A stretch of 64,000 bases of DNA from a virus: the IMG/VR virus record IMGVR_UViG_3300037502_002220, positions 32,001 to 96,000 of that record. One strand, given 5' to 3'. Position numbers and translations under genes: made by a program. The notes below the pieces were generated by a model. It worked only from the letters and a program-made list of their open reading frames with translations, ran no database searches and was not told where the DNA came from. Positions 47,022 to 54,220 of this stretch are shown piece by piece; positions within the stretch are counted from its first letter, which is position 1; each line of letters starts with the position of its first letter.

Positions 47022-47137
47022 GATATTTGTTTTACAGTAATTAAAGGTAGTACAGTAGGCTTACTTATTCTGCGATCAGCATCATACATTGGATTTGATA
47101 TAGGAAGGTTTACGTAAAAGGTCATAAATGCTATCAT
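47018..47137 (-). CDS. Array micro-ORF 16 (39 aa)
   Basis: MIAFMTFYVNLPISNPMYDADRRISKPTVLPLITVKQIS. Confidence 0.7.
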   Translation of the reverse strand: MIAFMTFYVNLPISNPMYDADRRISKPTVLPLITVKQIS

Positions 47138-47241
47138 AATCTGTATTTTAGTACAAATATTACAATGTCTATCTTAGGTGCATGTTTTAGCTTGTCGTGA
47201 AATCTATAGCCATCAAAGGTATAGTCTAATGAAGCTTTCAT
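47134..47241 (-). CDS. Array micro-ORF 15 (35 aa)
   Basis: MKASLDYTFDGYRFHDKLKHAPKIDIVIFVLKYRL. Confidence 0.7.
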   Translation of the reverse strand: MKASLDYTFDGYRFHDKLKHAPKIDIVIFVLKYRL

Positions 47242-47339
47242 ACAAATATTTTACTGATGACTAAAAGAGATCTACCTGCGTAAGTTGTTTTTAATTTTCC
47301 ACTAGAACTGTCGACCCATAAAATGTATAGCAACCTCAT
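47238..47339 (-). CDS. Array micro-ORF 14 (33 aa)
   Basis: MRLLYILWVDSSSGKLKTTYAGRSLLVISKIFV. Confidence 0.7.
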   Translation of the reverse strand: MRLLYILWVDSSSGKLKTTYAGRSLLVISKIFV

Positions 47340-47437
47340 TCTGCATGTTTTATAGTAATGAATAAACATATTCCACATTTACCAGATCTTCTGTCATTCT
47401 TAAGGTTAGTACCTACGACACTGTGTGTTATAATCAT
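47336..47437 (-). CDS. Array micro-ORF 13 (33 aa)
   Basis: MIITHSVVGTNLKNDRRSGKCGICLFITIKHAE. Confidence 0.7.
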   Translation of the reverse strand: MIITHSVVGTNLKNDRRSGKCGICLFITIKHAE

Positions 47438-47553
47438 TGTATGTGTTTTAAACTAATTCTAAATCTAAGTACAGTAATGACATAGGCTTTAAGATCCATT
47501 TTTAGCACTAAGTCACTGTTCTTTAATGTCTCAACAAATCCTACAAATTTCAT
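47434..47553 (-). CDS. Array micro-ORF 12 (39 aa)
   Basis: MKFVGFVETLKNSDLVLKMDLKAYVITVLRFRISLKHIQ. Confidence 0.7.
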   Translation of the reverse strand: MKFVGFVETLKNSDLVLKMDLKAYVITVLRFRISLKHIQ

Positions 47554-47699
47554 GGTATGTATTTTACAATAGCTCCAAAATTACTTGCGTTATGGTTCAA
47601 GTTTAAATAATCTACAGCTTCGTGTAAACGTATAGTCATGTAGTTATTTATGTACGGTGTAGTAACTGCTCTGTACATCATTAAGTCTATAAATTTCAT
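47550..47699 (-). CDS. Array micro-ORF 11 (49 aa)
   Basis: MKFIDLMMYRAVTTPYINNYMTIRLHEAVDYLNLNHNASNFGAIVKYIP. Confidence 0.7.
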   Translation of the reverse strand: MKFIDLMMYRAVTTPYINNYMTIRLHEAVDYLNLNHNASNFGAIVKYIP

Positions 47700-47821
47700 G
47701 ATACAAGTTTTAATGTAAACAAATGTCCACGACTTTGCCGAGATGCGTTCATTACATAGGTTTTTGCACGTGTCCGATCACTTGTAAATGGGAGGTATGC
47801 AATTATGTGCCTTATTTTCAC
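47696..47821 (-). CDS. Array micro-ORF 10 (41 aa, GTG start)
   Basis: MKIRHIIAYLPFTSDRTRAKTYVMNASRQSRGHLFTLKLVS. Confidence 0.7.
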   Translation of the reverse strand: MKIRHIIAYLPFTSDRTRAKTYVMNASRQSRGHLFTLKLVS

Positions 47822-47925
47822 GGTATTATTTTTAATGTAATTAATAATCTTTTTGGTATCGTACTTCTTATCAATCTTATGTTGAGGAAGTCAGTGTCAT
47901 TTTTAAATATTTGTACAAATTTCAT
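47818..47925 (-). CDS. Array micro-ORF 9 (35 aa)
   Basis: MKFVQIFKNDTDFLNIRLIRSTIPKRLLITLKIIP. Confidence 0.7.
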   Translation of the reverse strand: MKFVQIFKNDTDFLNIRLIRSTIPKRLLITLKIIP

Positions 47926-48053
47926 AAAACTAGCTTTAGCATAACGTAAAATGAATAAGGAGGTACGTTATCTAATTGTAATACCTCAAGTACGTGTTCT
48001 GTTAACGTGCATACAGACTCGTCTTTAACAAGTATCATTTCAATAAATCTCAT
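47922..48053 (-). CDS. Array micro-ORF 8 (43 aa)
   Basis: MRFIEMILVKDESVCTLTEHVLEVLQLDNVPPYSFYVMLKLVL. Confidence 0.7.
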   Translation of the reverse strand: MRFIEMILVKDESVCTLTEHVLEVLQLDNVPPYSFYVMLKLVL

Positions 48054-48074
48054 GATTTAAGTTTTAACAGGGTT

Positions 48075-48290
48075 TTACGTAAGTGGTCCAAAATATCTTC
48101 TGTTAATTTCAGTTAACAGCGCACTTCTTAAAACAATTAATCCTATGTGAAAACTTTTTGCAAGATTGTATTTAAAAATTAATTGCCTGACAATTGAATT
48201 TTCATTAAAAGCTAATGATTCAGACTCTTTAGAAATGCCCATTAATTCTTCTGTAGATAATTCTTTTAGGTATTCAGCTAATGTTTCCAT
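48075..48290 (-). CDS. Unrelated helical 71-aa protein inserted in the array
   Basis: METLAEYLKELSTEEL...; lacks the array motif; flanked by 17-nt near-identical direct repeats. Confidence 0.7.
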   Translation of the reverse strand: METLAEYLKELSTEELMGISKESESLAFNENSIVRQLIFKYNLAKSFHIGLIVLRSALLTEINRRYFGPLT

Positions 48291-48394
48291 GATTTATGTT
48301 TTAAAATAATTTGAAAATGTGTACGTTTTACAGAGTAGCTCAAATCGAGCACTAAAATCTTATAGTCACTTAAGTAATAAACTAAAGTGTTCAC
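48278..48394 (-). CDS. Array micro-ORF 7 (38 aa, GTG start)
   Basis: MNTLVYYLSDYKILVLDLSYSVKRTHFQIILKHKSWKH. Confidence 0.7.
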   Translation of the reverse strand: MNTLVYYLSDYKILVLDLSYSVKRTHFQIILKHKSWKH

Positions 48395-48531
48395 AGTTTA
48401 TGTTTTTGCACAAAAAAGAAGTAATTACAATCTTTAAAATCGTAATCTATAACTGTACATATTTCTGCAAAGTTGATTGTTAAAAGTGTATAGCTATTTT
48501 TGAATATTAATACTATATAAACATTGCTCAT
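48391..48531 (-). CDS. Array micro-ORF 6 (46 aa)
   Basis: MSNVYIVLIFKNSYTLLTINFAEICTVIDYDFKDCNYFFFVQKHKL. Confidence 0.7.
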   Translation of the reverse strand: MSNVYIVLIFKNSYTLLTINFAEICTVIDYDFKDCNYFFFVQKHKL

Positions 48532-48641
48532 AGCTTATATTTTAATAAGATATTGTAATGAAGCATGTAATTACCTCTACCTGTGAGATATACATCTATA
48601 CCATTGTGGCGTATATCTAACAATAATCTGAGTGTGTTCAT
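48528..48641 (-). CDS. Array micro-ORF 5 (37 aa)
   Basis: MNTLRLLLDIRHNGIDVYLTGRGNYMLHYNILLKYKL. Confidence 0.7.
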   Translation of the reverse strand: MNTLRLLLDIRHNGIDVYLTGRGNYMLHYNILLKYKL

Positions 48642-48763
48642 TTTCTGTATTTTATTACAGCCCAGAAATGCATCAATAAACCTGTACCTATATGTCGATG
48701 TAATATTATATTACCATCTGTAGATTTAAAGTTTGATATCTCAAGTACTCCTAAGTAGTTCAT
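48638..48763 (-). CDS. Array micro-ORF 4 (41 aa)
   Basis: MNYLGVLEISNFKSTDGNIILHRHIGTGLLMHFWAVIKYRK. Confidence 0.7.
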   Translation of the reverse strand: MNYLGVLEISNFKSTDGNIILHRHIGTGLLMHFWAVIKYRK

Positions 48764-48879
48764 AATGCCAGTTTTAGTAGTGATAAATAACAAAAATCAA
48801 GCCTTAAAAAGTGGTTTGTTTCATCGTGGTGTGAGTATGTTATACATATGTACATAGAATAAATTTCAGATAGATACAT
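48760..48879 (-). CDS. Array micro-ORF 3 (39 aa)
   Basis: MYLSEIYSMYICITYSHHDETNHFLRLDFCYLSLLKLAL. Confidence 0.6.
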   Translation of the reverse strand: MYLSEIYSMYICITYSHHDETNHFLRLDFCYLSLLKLAL

Positions 48880-48979
48880 AACTAGGTATGTATTTTAATA
48901 TTAAATGAGGTGTTATCTTAGCCATAGACATTGTCATAGAATATACGTTGATGTCTGCAAATAAAAGTACCGTCTTCAT
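48866..48979 (-). CDS. Array micro-ORF 2 (37 aa)
   Basis: MKTVLLFADINVYSMTMSMAKITPHLILKYIPSYVSI. Confidence 0.65.
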   Translation of the reverse strand: MKTVLLFADINVYSMTMSMAKITPHLILKYIPSYVSI

Positions 48980-49080
48980 GATAGAATTTTCATTGTTACA
49001 GGTATGCTTATTTCATCAGCTTGTAGTGTATATAAATAAAGTCTATCGTACTGTGTTATGTATAAAACTTTCATTTTCAT
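48976..49080 (-). CDS. Array micro-ORF 1 (34 aa)
   Basis: MKMKVLYITQYDRLYLYTLQADEISIPVTMKILS. Confidence 0.65.
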   Translation of the reverse strand: MKMKVLYITQYDRLYLYTLQADEISIPVTMKILS

Positions 49081-49101
49081 AGGTAGGTATATTAAACACA
49101 A

Positions 49102-49124
49102 ATGCCCTTGGTTTACAAGGGCAT
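49102..49124 (-). promoter_or_regulatory. Hairpin just upstream of the micro-ORF array (terminator/attenuator or 5' stabiliser)
   Basis: atgcccttg/caagggcat perfect 9-bp stem, followed by TTGTGTTT on -. Confidence 0.55.
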
Positions 49125-49130
49125 CGTGGA

Positions 49131-49271
49131 TTACGCAATTTCTGCAAGTTCTGGTTCTAAACCTGGGTAGATTTCTCGTATCTTAATTTCAGCTTCATCT
49201 TTATTAGAAGCTTCAATATGTACGACACCTGCACCAATAAAAAAAGTAAACGTTTGCTTTTCTTCTTCCAT
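49131..49271 (-). CDS. Small protein (46 aa), below the ORF-track cutoff
   Basis: MEEEKQTFTFFIGAGVVHIEASNKDEAEIKIREIYPGLEPELAEIA. Confidence 0.6.
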   Translation of the reverse strand: MEEEKQTFTFFIGAGVVHIEASNKDEAEIKIREIYPGLEPELAEIA

Positions 49272-49300
49272 AACAGTTTATTTATTAAGTTAGATAAAAA

Positions 49301-49326
49301 ACCAGGGCTATATTTCAAGCCCTGGT
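49301..49326 (-). terminator. Terminator hairpin with TGAAATAT loop
   Basis: accagggct/agccctggt stem plus U tract; same loop as 54176-54201. Confidence 0.7.
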
Positions 49327-49351
49327 ACATAGTGAATCACAATACGAGGGA

Positions 49352-49516
49352 TTACTTATTCTTCCAGATACGTTCTCTAGTCTTCTTTCCGGTAACAGTA
49401 CACACTGTTTCTAGGTAATATGCACCATGTTTAGGTAGACTTTCTTTAATAGCTTCGATGCTATCAGCCTCTATGATACGCTTACCTTTTTCGGTCACAA
49501 TGTAATACTTTTTCAT
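49352..49516 (-). CDS. Small protein (54 aa; start re-called at MKKYYIV)
   Basis: Re-called start avoids overlap with the upstream gene; ends IWKNK. Confidence 0.6.
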   Translation of the reverse strand: MKKYYIVTEKGKRIIEADSIEAIKESLPKHGAYYLETVCTVTGKKTRERIWKNK

Positions 49517-49523
49517 GTTTGTG

Positions 49524-50348
49524 TCAATAGAAAAAGATATTAGACATGTACTCTTCTTTTGGAAACTTATCTTTCCAGATATCCTCGTCCATATAGGGTA
49601 AGTTATCGGGAACAGCCATTTTCCACACATTACCTACAGTATCGTAGATACCGTACTTGTTTGGTTTCTTCTTCTTTACAGGTTGTGTTTTACCACCCAT
49701 CTCTGCAGTAGTCCATGCAATCTCTTGAATATCTGTACGAGTATCTAAGTTCTCAGCATGATCTGCAGCGATTGTAGTCCACTCTGCTTTTGTAGGAAAC
49801 AGGAATACAGCGTGACCTTTGATAGCTGGGTTATACCAGAACCACCACTGACCGTTGTACTCTTTCATGATATACGGCATTGGTTTACCGTGCATATCAT
49901 TTAACCAGTTGATGTACGAGATTGCGTTCAAGATCTCAAGGTTAATCGCTGGGCGATCATCGCGACCATAGTTTTGATCATTAGCGAGATCTCTTCCTGT
50001 CATATAACAGAAAGCATCAAACTGGTTGAACGTAACTACGGTATCTGCTGATGCAACAAGTGGAAAACACTCTGCAGGTAACGGTACAAAAGTACCTAAA
50101 TCAATGTCTTTGTCGCTGATAGTCTTTTGCTCAAAAGCACGTTGTGATGTAGCTACAGCAACTACAAACGGTTCTACAGGTTTTCTGTTGACCACATTAA
50201 TAATTGCAATAGCATTACGGTGTACTTCTTCAAGCTCTGGTGTGTTGAAATACTTACGCATTTTAGGTAATGCTTGTGCATACCATTTACCAAAATCTTT
50301 AGAAGAAGCTTTTTGTTGAACTTGATCTTTAAATTCTTGTACAGTCAT
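49524..50348 (-). CDS. FGE-sulfatase/SUMF1-family (C-type lectin fold) domain protein, divergent
   Basis: VTFNQF, RPAINL, PTKAEW, TQPVKKKKPNKYGIYDTVGNVW. Confidence 0.75.
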   Translation of the reverse strand: MTVQEFKDQVQQKASSKDFGKWYAQALPKMRKYFNTPELEEVHRNAIAIINVVNRKPVEPFVVAVATSQRAFEQKTISDKDIDLGTFVPLPAECFPLVASADTVVTFNQFDAFCYMTGRDLANDQNYGRDDRPAINLEILNAISYINWLNDMHGKPMPYIMKEYNGQWWFWYNPAIKGHAVFLFPTKAEWTTIAADHAENLDTRTDIQEIAWTTAEMGGKTQPVKKKKPNKYGIYDTVGNVWKMAVPDNLPYMDEDIWKDKFPKEEYMSNIFFY

Positions 50349-50374
50349 GATTGTAATTTTAGTTAAAAAGAGAA

Positions 50375-50390
50375 GGGAGTGTTACCTCCC
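50375..50390 (-). terminator. Hairpin with GTAACA loop
   Basis: gggag-tgttac-ctccc on +, followed by pyrimidine/U tract on -. Confidence 0.5.
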
Positions 50391-50418
50391 CTCTCCAAAT
50401 GCTTACTGAAAAAGTGTC

Positions 50419-50739
50419 TTAGTCCCAAGCATCGCTGATTGCATCTTCTCCTTCACCAAGTGGATTGTACTCTACTTGGATAGAAGAAATGTGAAAACCA
50501 GCTTCCAGTTCTACAGTTGGGTGTACTGGATGCTTGAGAAATGCTTTCTTACCTTCAGGTACTACAAAAGCAACGATGTTACCCCTATCCGCAGGAATAG
50601 GTGTAGGCATTGTGAACCCTGTAGGTGCCTTGAAATCAGGTTTGAAGTCGTTGCGTACTACGGTAAAATCACCTTCGAGTACATGCTTTTCAGCACTCCC
50701 TGGTGTTACCGTAACTGGATCAATTACGTTTACATGCAT
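50419..50739 (-). CDS. Small protein of the type that accompanies DUF6745 genes
   Basis: LKHPVHPTVELEAG...QVEYNP matches the recalled LxHxxH...LxxG...QxEYxP pattern. Confidence 0.55.
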   Translation of the reverse strand: MHVNVIDPVTVTPGSAEKHVLEGDFTVVRNDFKPDFKAPTGFTMPTPIPADRGNIVAFVVPEGKKAFLKHPVHPTVELEAGFHISSIQVEYNPLGEGEDAISDAWD

Positions 50740-50749
50740 GATAACAGAA

Positions 50750-51457
50750 TTAAGATTGTTCAACAATAAGTTTAAAGAAGTCTTCTTTGCTGATGTGGTA
50801 CGGAGAATCTAGCCATGGTTTGCTAAGGTATTCAGGTTTAATCGTAGTGATAATAACCTCACCTTGACGACGTATACACTTGATATGTTCAAGTGGTATC
50901 CTAGTTCTAAAAGCCCACGCTACTGCAGCAGCAGCATCATAGCTACCTTTTTTGCAGAACTTCTCACTATGTGGTACCATCAAGAAATATGGTGTACCAA
51001 AGTGTACGTCAAATACTTGTACAGCATACACGTGCGTAACCTTTTTACCGTTGATGGCAGGCTCACGCATCTCAGGAAATACCTCTTTAATAGGTCTCCT
51101 TCTGAGAATGTAGTGGTTCGTAATCGTAGAATCTTTCTGTTTGGTTTCTACAGTGCGCTCATCTACAATTTCTGCGTCAGCAAAGATAGTAGAAAACGGT
51201 AAAAACCTAAACAGTGCTTGACGTTTAGTAGAAGCTTGTTCTGCCCGTAGATTAGGGAACAATGACTTAAAATCAGAGAGTTCAGAAAATGTAATTGGTG
51301 TTACATCTTTCCAGATCTCTCTGATAAAATCATTGTCAAGTACAGGAAGATCTATGAACATATCTTCAAGATCTTCTCTGTACTTAGCCTTTAGTACCCT
51401 TAGTGCAAAGTCGAAAGGAAACAAAAAGTTCCCAATCTGAAGTACTCTCATTTTCAT
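50750..51457 (-). CDS. DUF6745-like protein
   Basis: YFLMVP...AAAAVAWAF C-terminal pattern (family call from memory). Confidence 0.5.
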   Translation of the reverse strand: MKMRVLQIGNFLFPFDFALRVLKAKYREDLEDMFIDLPVLDNDFIREIWKDVTPITFSELSDFKSLFPNLRAEQASTKRQALFRFLPFSTIFADAEIVDERTVETKQKDSTITNHYILRRRPIKEVFPEMREPAINGKKVTHVYAVQVFDVHFGTPYFLMVPHSEKFCKKGSYDAAAAVAWAFRTRIPLEHIKCIRRQGEVIITTIKPEYLSKPWLDSPYHISKEDFFKLIVEQS

Positions 51458-51765
51458 AGTTTCATCTTCTTTTTGGTGGCAGCGTAATTCAATTTTACCA
51501 GCTTGCGTTTAGCAGCTAGTAACATGTGTGTGCGAGCTCTTTCTTCTTTAGAATCTTTCCAGAGCCTCACATAGTGCTCGTACAGCTCTTCTGTACACGT
51601 AGTAAGGTAGAACACCGCTTCTGCATTTGTGAAGCTCCTAGAGACCGTGTGAGCCTCCAGGATACCTTCTGGTGAAACATACTCTGTAGTCTCATTTACA
51701 TGAGGTAGAATATGCTTCCAGTACTTTACGATGTTCGTAATAATAGACTCACTTCTTTCTGTCAT
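51454..51765 (-). CDS. Hypothetical protein
   Basis: 103 aa, coupled to neighbour. Confidence 0.6.
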   Translation of the reverse strand: MTERSESIITNIVKYWKHILPHVNETTEYVSPEGILEAHTVSRSFTNAEAVFYLTTCTEELYEHYVRLWKDSKEERARTHMLLAAKRKLVKLNYAATKKKMKL

Positions 51766-51790
51766 GATCTGTAGTTTTTTAGATTAGTAA

Positions 51791-51958
51791 TCATCGTTTG
51801 TTTTTCCAAATCATCTTTCCGTCACCTTCACGGATTGTAGTGGTTTTACCATCTGCAGTTTTTACTTCAGAATCAAAACCTTTCCCTTTACCAGTAGTAA
51901 CCGCAGTTACTCTTTGACCAGTTTCAGGGTGCTTAACGTTTACACGAATCTTTGCCAT
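51791..51958 (-). CDS. Small basic protein (55 aa), below the ORF-track cutoff
   Basis: MAKIRVNVKHPETGQRVTAVTTGKGKGFDSEVKTADGKTTTIREGDGKMIWKNKR. Confidence 0.65.
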   Translation of the reverse strand: MAKIRVNVKHPETGQRVTAVTTGKGKGFDSEVKTADGKTTTIREGDGKMIWKNKR

Positions 51959-51968
51959 TGTATTAGAT

Positions 51969-52196
51969 TTAATTGTTAGAAAATATTAGTTCCTTAGCGA
52001 ATACTTCTTCAGTGTTACCTTTGTAATCACGGATACGCATGATTGTATCCGGTTCTAGTTTAGCGATACCTTCCTGTACAGGTTCTGCGATCCACACTTT
52101 CAGCTTGTAATAGTGTGCGCGATACTTACCTGATCCATTAGGTTTAGCATCTTTGTAAGATACTTCACCGTTGTAGAGCTTCCTTGGTTCCTTCAT
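51969..52196 (-). CDS. Hypothetical protein
   Basis: 75 aa. Confidence 0.6.
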   Translation of the reverse strand: MKEPRKLYNGEVSYKDAKPNGSGKYRAHYYKLKVWIAEPVQEGIAKLEPDTIMRIRDYKGNTEEVFAKELIFSNN

Positions 52197-52197
52197 A

Positions 52198-53031
52198 TTA
52201 CGTCATGTTTATTTTTATGGAAATGTTATCACGATCAGTACCTTTTATTTCTAAGTACCAACCTCCTATATTTTTAGGTACTCCTAGTTTTTCAACAGCC
52301 CAGCTAGTAGCAACTGCATATTCTTCTTTATAAGTTCCAGATTTAATAAAATATTGAGGTCTTAGTAAAAGATTTCCAGTTTTAGTTATATCATACCTCA
52401 TAATTTCAGCTAAACTTCGGTCATGTGTATGTCCGCTAACAACAAAATCTGCGTCAGTAACTACACCATACCTACTATATGCTTGAAATCCACGTGATAC
52501 TACACCTCCCCAGAGACCATGATGATAGTACATGAGATATGTTTTTACATTAGCACCATTGCGGTGTAGTACAAACTTAATAAATCCATGATAACCTCCA
52601 GCATATACTTTCTCTTCTGGACCTTTATATAGATTTGTACCGTCTACAAATCTTTTAATGACATCAGTTTCTAACCTGTTTAATAGCCCTAATTCGTGGT
52701 TCCCTTTGGAAATCAATGAGATAGGATAATCTTTGAACTTTTCTATTGTATCTTCTATTACAGCGTCTATATAATTACTGGTATTGTGTTCTGGTCTAAT
52801 ATCTTTTTTACTAGACCTAGGATCATATTTCCCTTGCATCATGCAGAAGAAGTCTCCAAACACAAATATCTTACCGTTGCGTTCTGCTACATAGTCTAAG
52901 TGCTTATGTAGTTTATCACGTTGACATTTAGGGTTGTCATAGTGAAAATCGCTACCTAAAAAGAATAGCACATCTTCGCCGTAAGGAATACGTACTTCCA
53001 AGAGCACGTCACTAATCTGTTTAATTTCCAT
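52198..53031 (-). CDS. Calcineurin-like metallophosphoesterase
   Basis: SDFH, FGD, GNHE, HHG, GHTH. Confidence 0.88.
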   Translation of the reverse strand: MEIKQISDVLLEVRIPYGEDVLFFLGSDFHYDNPKCQRDKLHKHLDYVAERNGKIFVFGDFFCMMQGKYDPRSSKKDIRPEHNTSNYIDAVIEDTIEKFKDYPISLISKGNHELGLLNRLETDVIKRFVDGTNLYKGPEEKVYAGGYHGFIKFVLHRNGANVKTYLMYYHHGLWGGVVSRGFQAYSRYGVVTDADFVVSGHTHDRSLAEIMRYDITKTGNLLLRPQYFIKSGTYKEEYAVATSWAVEKLGVPKNIGGWYLEIKGTDRDNISIKINMT

Positions 53032-53073
53032 GGTTTTAATTTTTTTTCAAAATTAAACAGATTTCTGATAAAA

Positions 53074-53101
53074 GTGAGAGGATCTTTTACGACCCTCTCA
53101 C
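53074..53101 (-). terminator. Terminator hairpin
   Basis: gtgagagg/cctctcac stem plus U tract. Confidence 0.6.
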
Positions 53102-53124
53102 AAAACTACAGTCAAAACTAATTC

Positions 53125-54150
53125 TTACAGATATTCGTACTCAGGATTGTAGATTTTGATGATGCGTTCTACATCCTCTAGAGTTACGTTGTGGTCTAAA
53201 AACCACTGTACTCTTTCGATAGAATCGTATGCAAACATCTCATCACACCAAGTTTTGTTATTAGTGTGCTGATAGTACGACACCAGCGATGGCATTGTAA
53301 TTGGTATCCTACAAAACATTTTTTCAAGCTCAAGTGAGTCTATAGCTGAGCTGTAGAATACAGCTTGCTCAATATCTGTGAGCTTGAGTTCGTTTACGCG
53401 GTTGATAAAGTGCTTTACGTTATCGCACTCTTCTACTATATCTAGCATAGATTTGTACGATACACCATAGATTTGTGCAACGGAGTTAGCATTGCTATAC
53501 AATAATCTATGCGTAGGATCGTTTTGTACAATCATGCGATCCGTAAAATCATCGTCAATACCTAGTATATCATACTCTTCGTCTTGTTTTACTTTACCGT
53601 CAAATGACACAGGCGCAAGTTTAGGTGAAGAATCATTTGCTATCATCTTCAACATCTTTAACATTTCAGCAGCATTGTCTTTAGCAAGTTCAAGACCTTT
53701 CATTTTCATCGCATGTCTGAAAAGCATAAGTACGTAAATCTCACTTTTGCTGTAGTTTTCTTCAATAAACTTTACAGCATATGAACGTCTATTAATAAGC
53801 GCGTACGATAATACAATCCAACTATGCCAAGATGCAAACTTGTTAATGCGAACATCGTCAGATAACATTTGTACATCACTAACAAGTTGCTCTATGTCAA
53901 AGTTGTTTCTTTTGCGGTTGAGATTAAATGGTCTTAGTTTCACATGTGGTCTTGCAAAAACCATAATCGCAGTGTGGTCATCAGTATACATAGGAGCAAG
54001 TTCGGAGCTGAGCATTATAGCAAGCTCGCGTTCGTTGAAGACTGAAAAGTATTCAAGTACTTCATTTTCTTTAACTCTTTCCTTAAAACTTTGTTCATCT
54101 ATACCACACGCTTCGTAAATGTTGTTAGCTTCATGATTATATGGTTCCAT
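53125..54150 (-). CDS. Hypothetical protein
   Basis: 341 aa. Confidence 0.7.
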   Translation of the reverse strand: MEPYNHEANNIYEACGIDEQSFKERVKENEVLEYFSVFNERELAIMLSSELAPMYTDDHTAIMVFARPHVKLRPFNLNRKRNNFDIEQLVSDVQMLSDDVRINKFASWHSWIVLSYALINRRSYAVKFIEENYSKSEIYVLMLFRHAMKMKGLELAKDNAAEMLKMLKMIANDSSPKLAPVSFDGKVKQDEEYDILGIDDDFTDRMIVQNDPTHRLLYSNANSVAQIYGVSYKSMLDIVEECDNVKHFINRVNELKLTDIEQAVFYSSAIDSLELEKMFCRIPITMPSLVSYYQHTNNKTWCDEMFAYDSIERVQWFLDHNVTLEDVERIIKIYNPEYEYL

Positions 54151-54175
54151 AACTATTTTTCTAAGGTTAAGAAAA

Positions 54176-54201
54176 AGGGTAGCTATATTTCAAGCTACCC
54201 T
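54176..54201 (-). terminator. Terminator hairpin with TGAAATAT loop
   Basis: agggtagct/agctaccct stem plus U tract. Confidence 0.7.
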
Positions 54202-54220
54202 CTATACGCACTCTCACAAA

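Larger units (their letters stand above)
43339..49080 (-). other. Tandem array of 50 translationally coupled micro-ORFs (28-49 aa), plus one unrelated 71-aa insert
   Basis: Hand translation: near gap-free chain, 25 junctions are exact ATGA/GTGA stop-start overlaps, shared C-terminal [FY]x[ILV]x[LIV]K motif. Confidence 0.9.

Noticed and set aside
47723-47944. 73-aa + strand ORF inside the array
   Set aside because: Antisense to micro-ORFs 8-10, which fit the array pattern.
43339-49080. Alternative genetic code (TGA=Trp or TAG=Gln, known in some crAss-like phages) hiding one long gene
   Set aside because: Reading through a TGA I tested (ORF8) hits TAA within about 15 codons, successive units change frame, and TAA, TAG and TGA all terminate well-supported genes elsewhere in the window.
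43339-49080. CRISPR array or non-coding tandem repeat
   Set aside because: No conserved 25-45 nt repeat; only a short degenerate junction motif; intervening sequences are open reading frames; no cas operon.
43339-49080. Decayed pseudogene or frameshift-rich assembly error
   Set aside because: Breaks are regular, each has a start codon in a good initiation context and a shared peptide ending, and flanking genes are intact.
53048-53055. Bacteroidota -7 promoter box TAATTTTG upstream of the metallophosphoesterase
   Set aside because: Matches TAnnTTTG but no properly spaced -33 TTTG was seen; too weak in AT-rich DNA.
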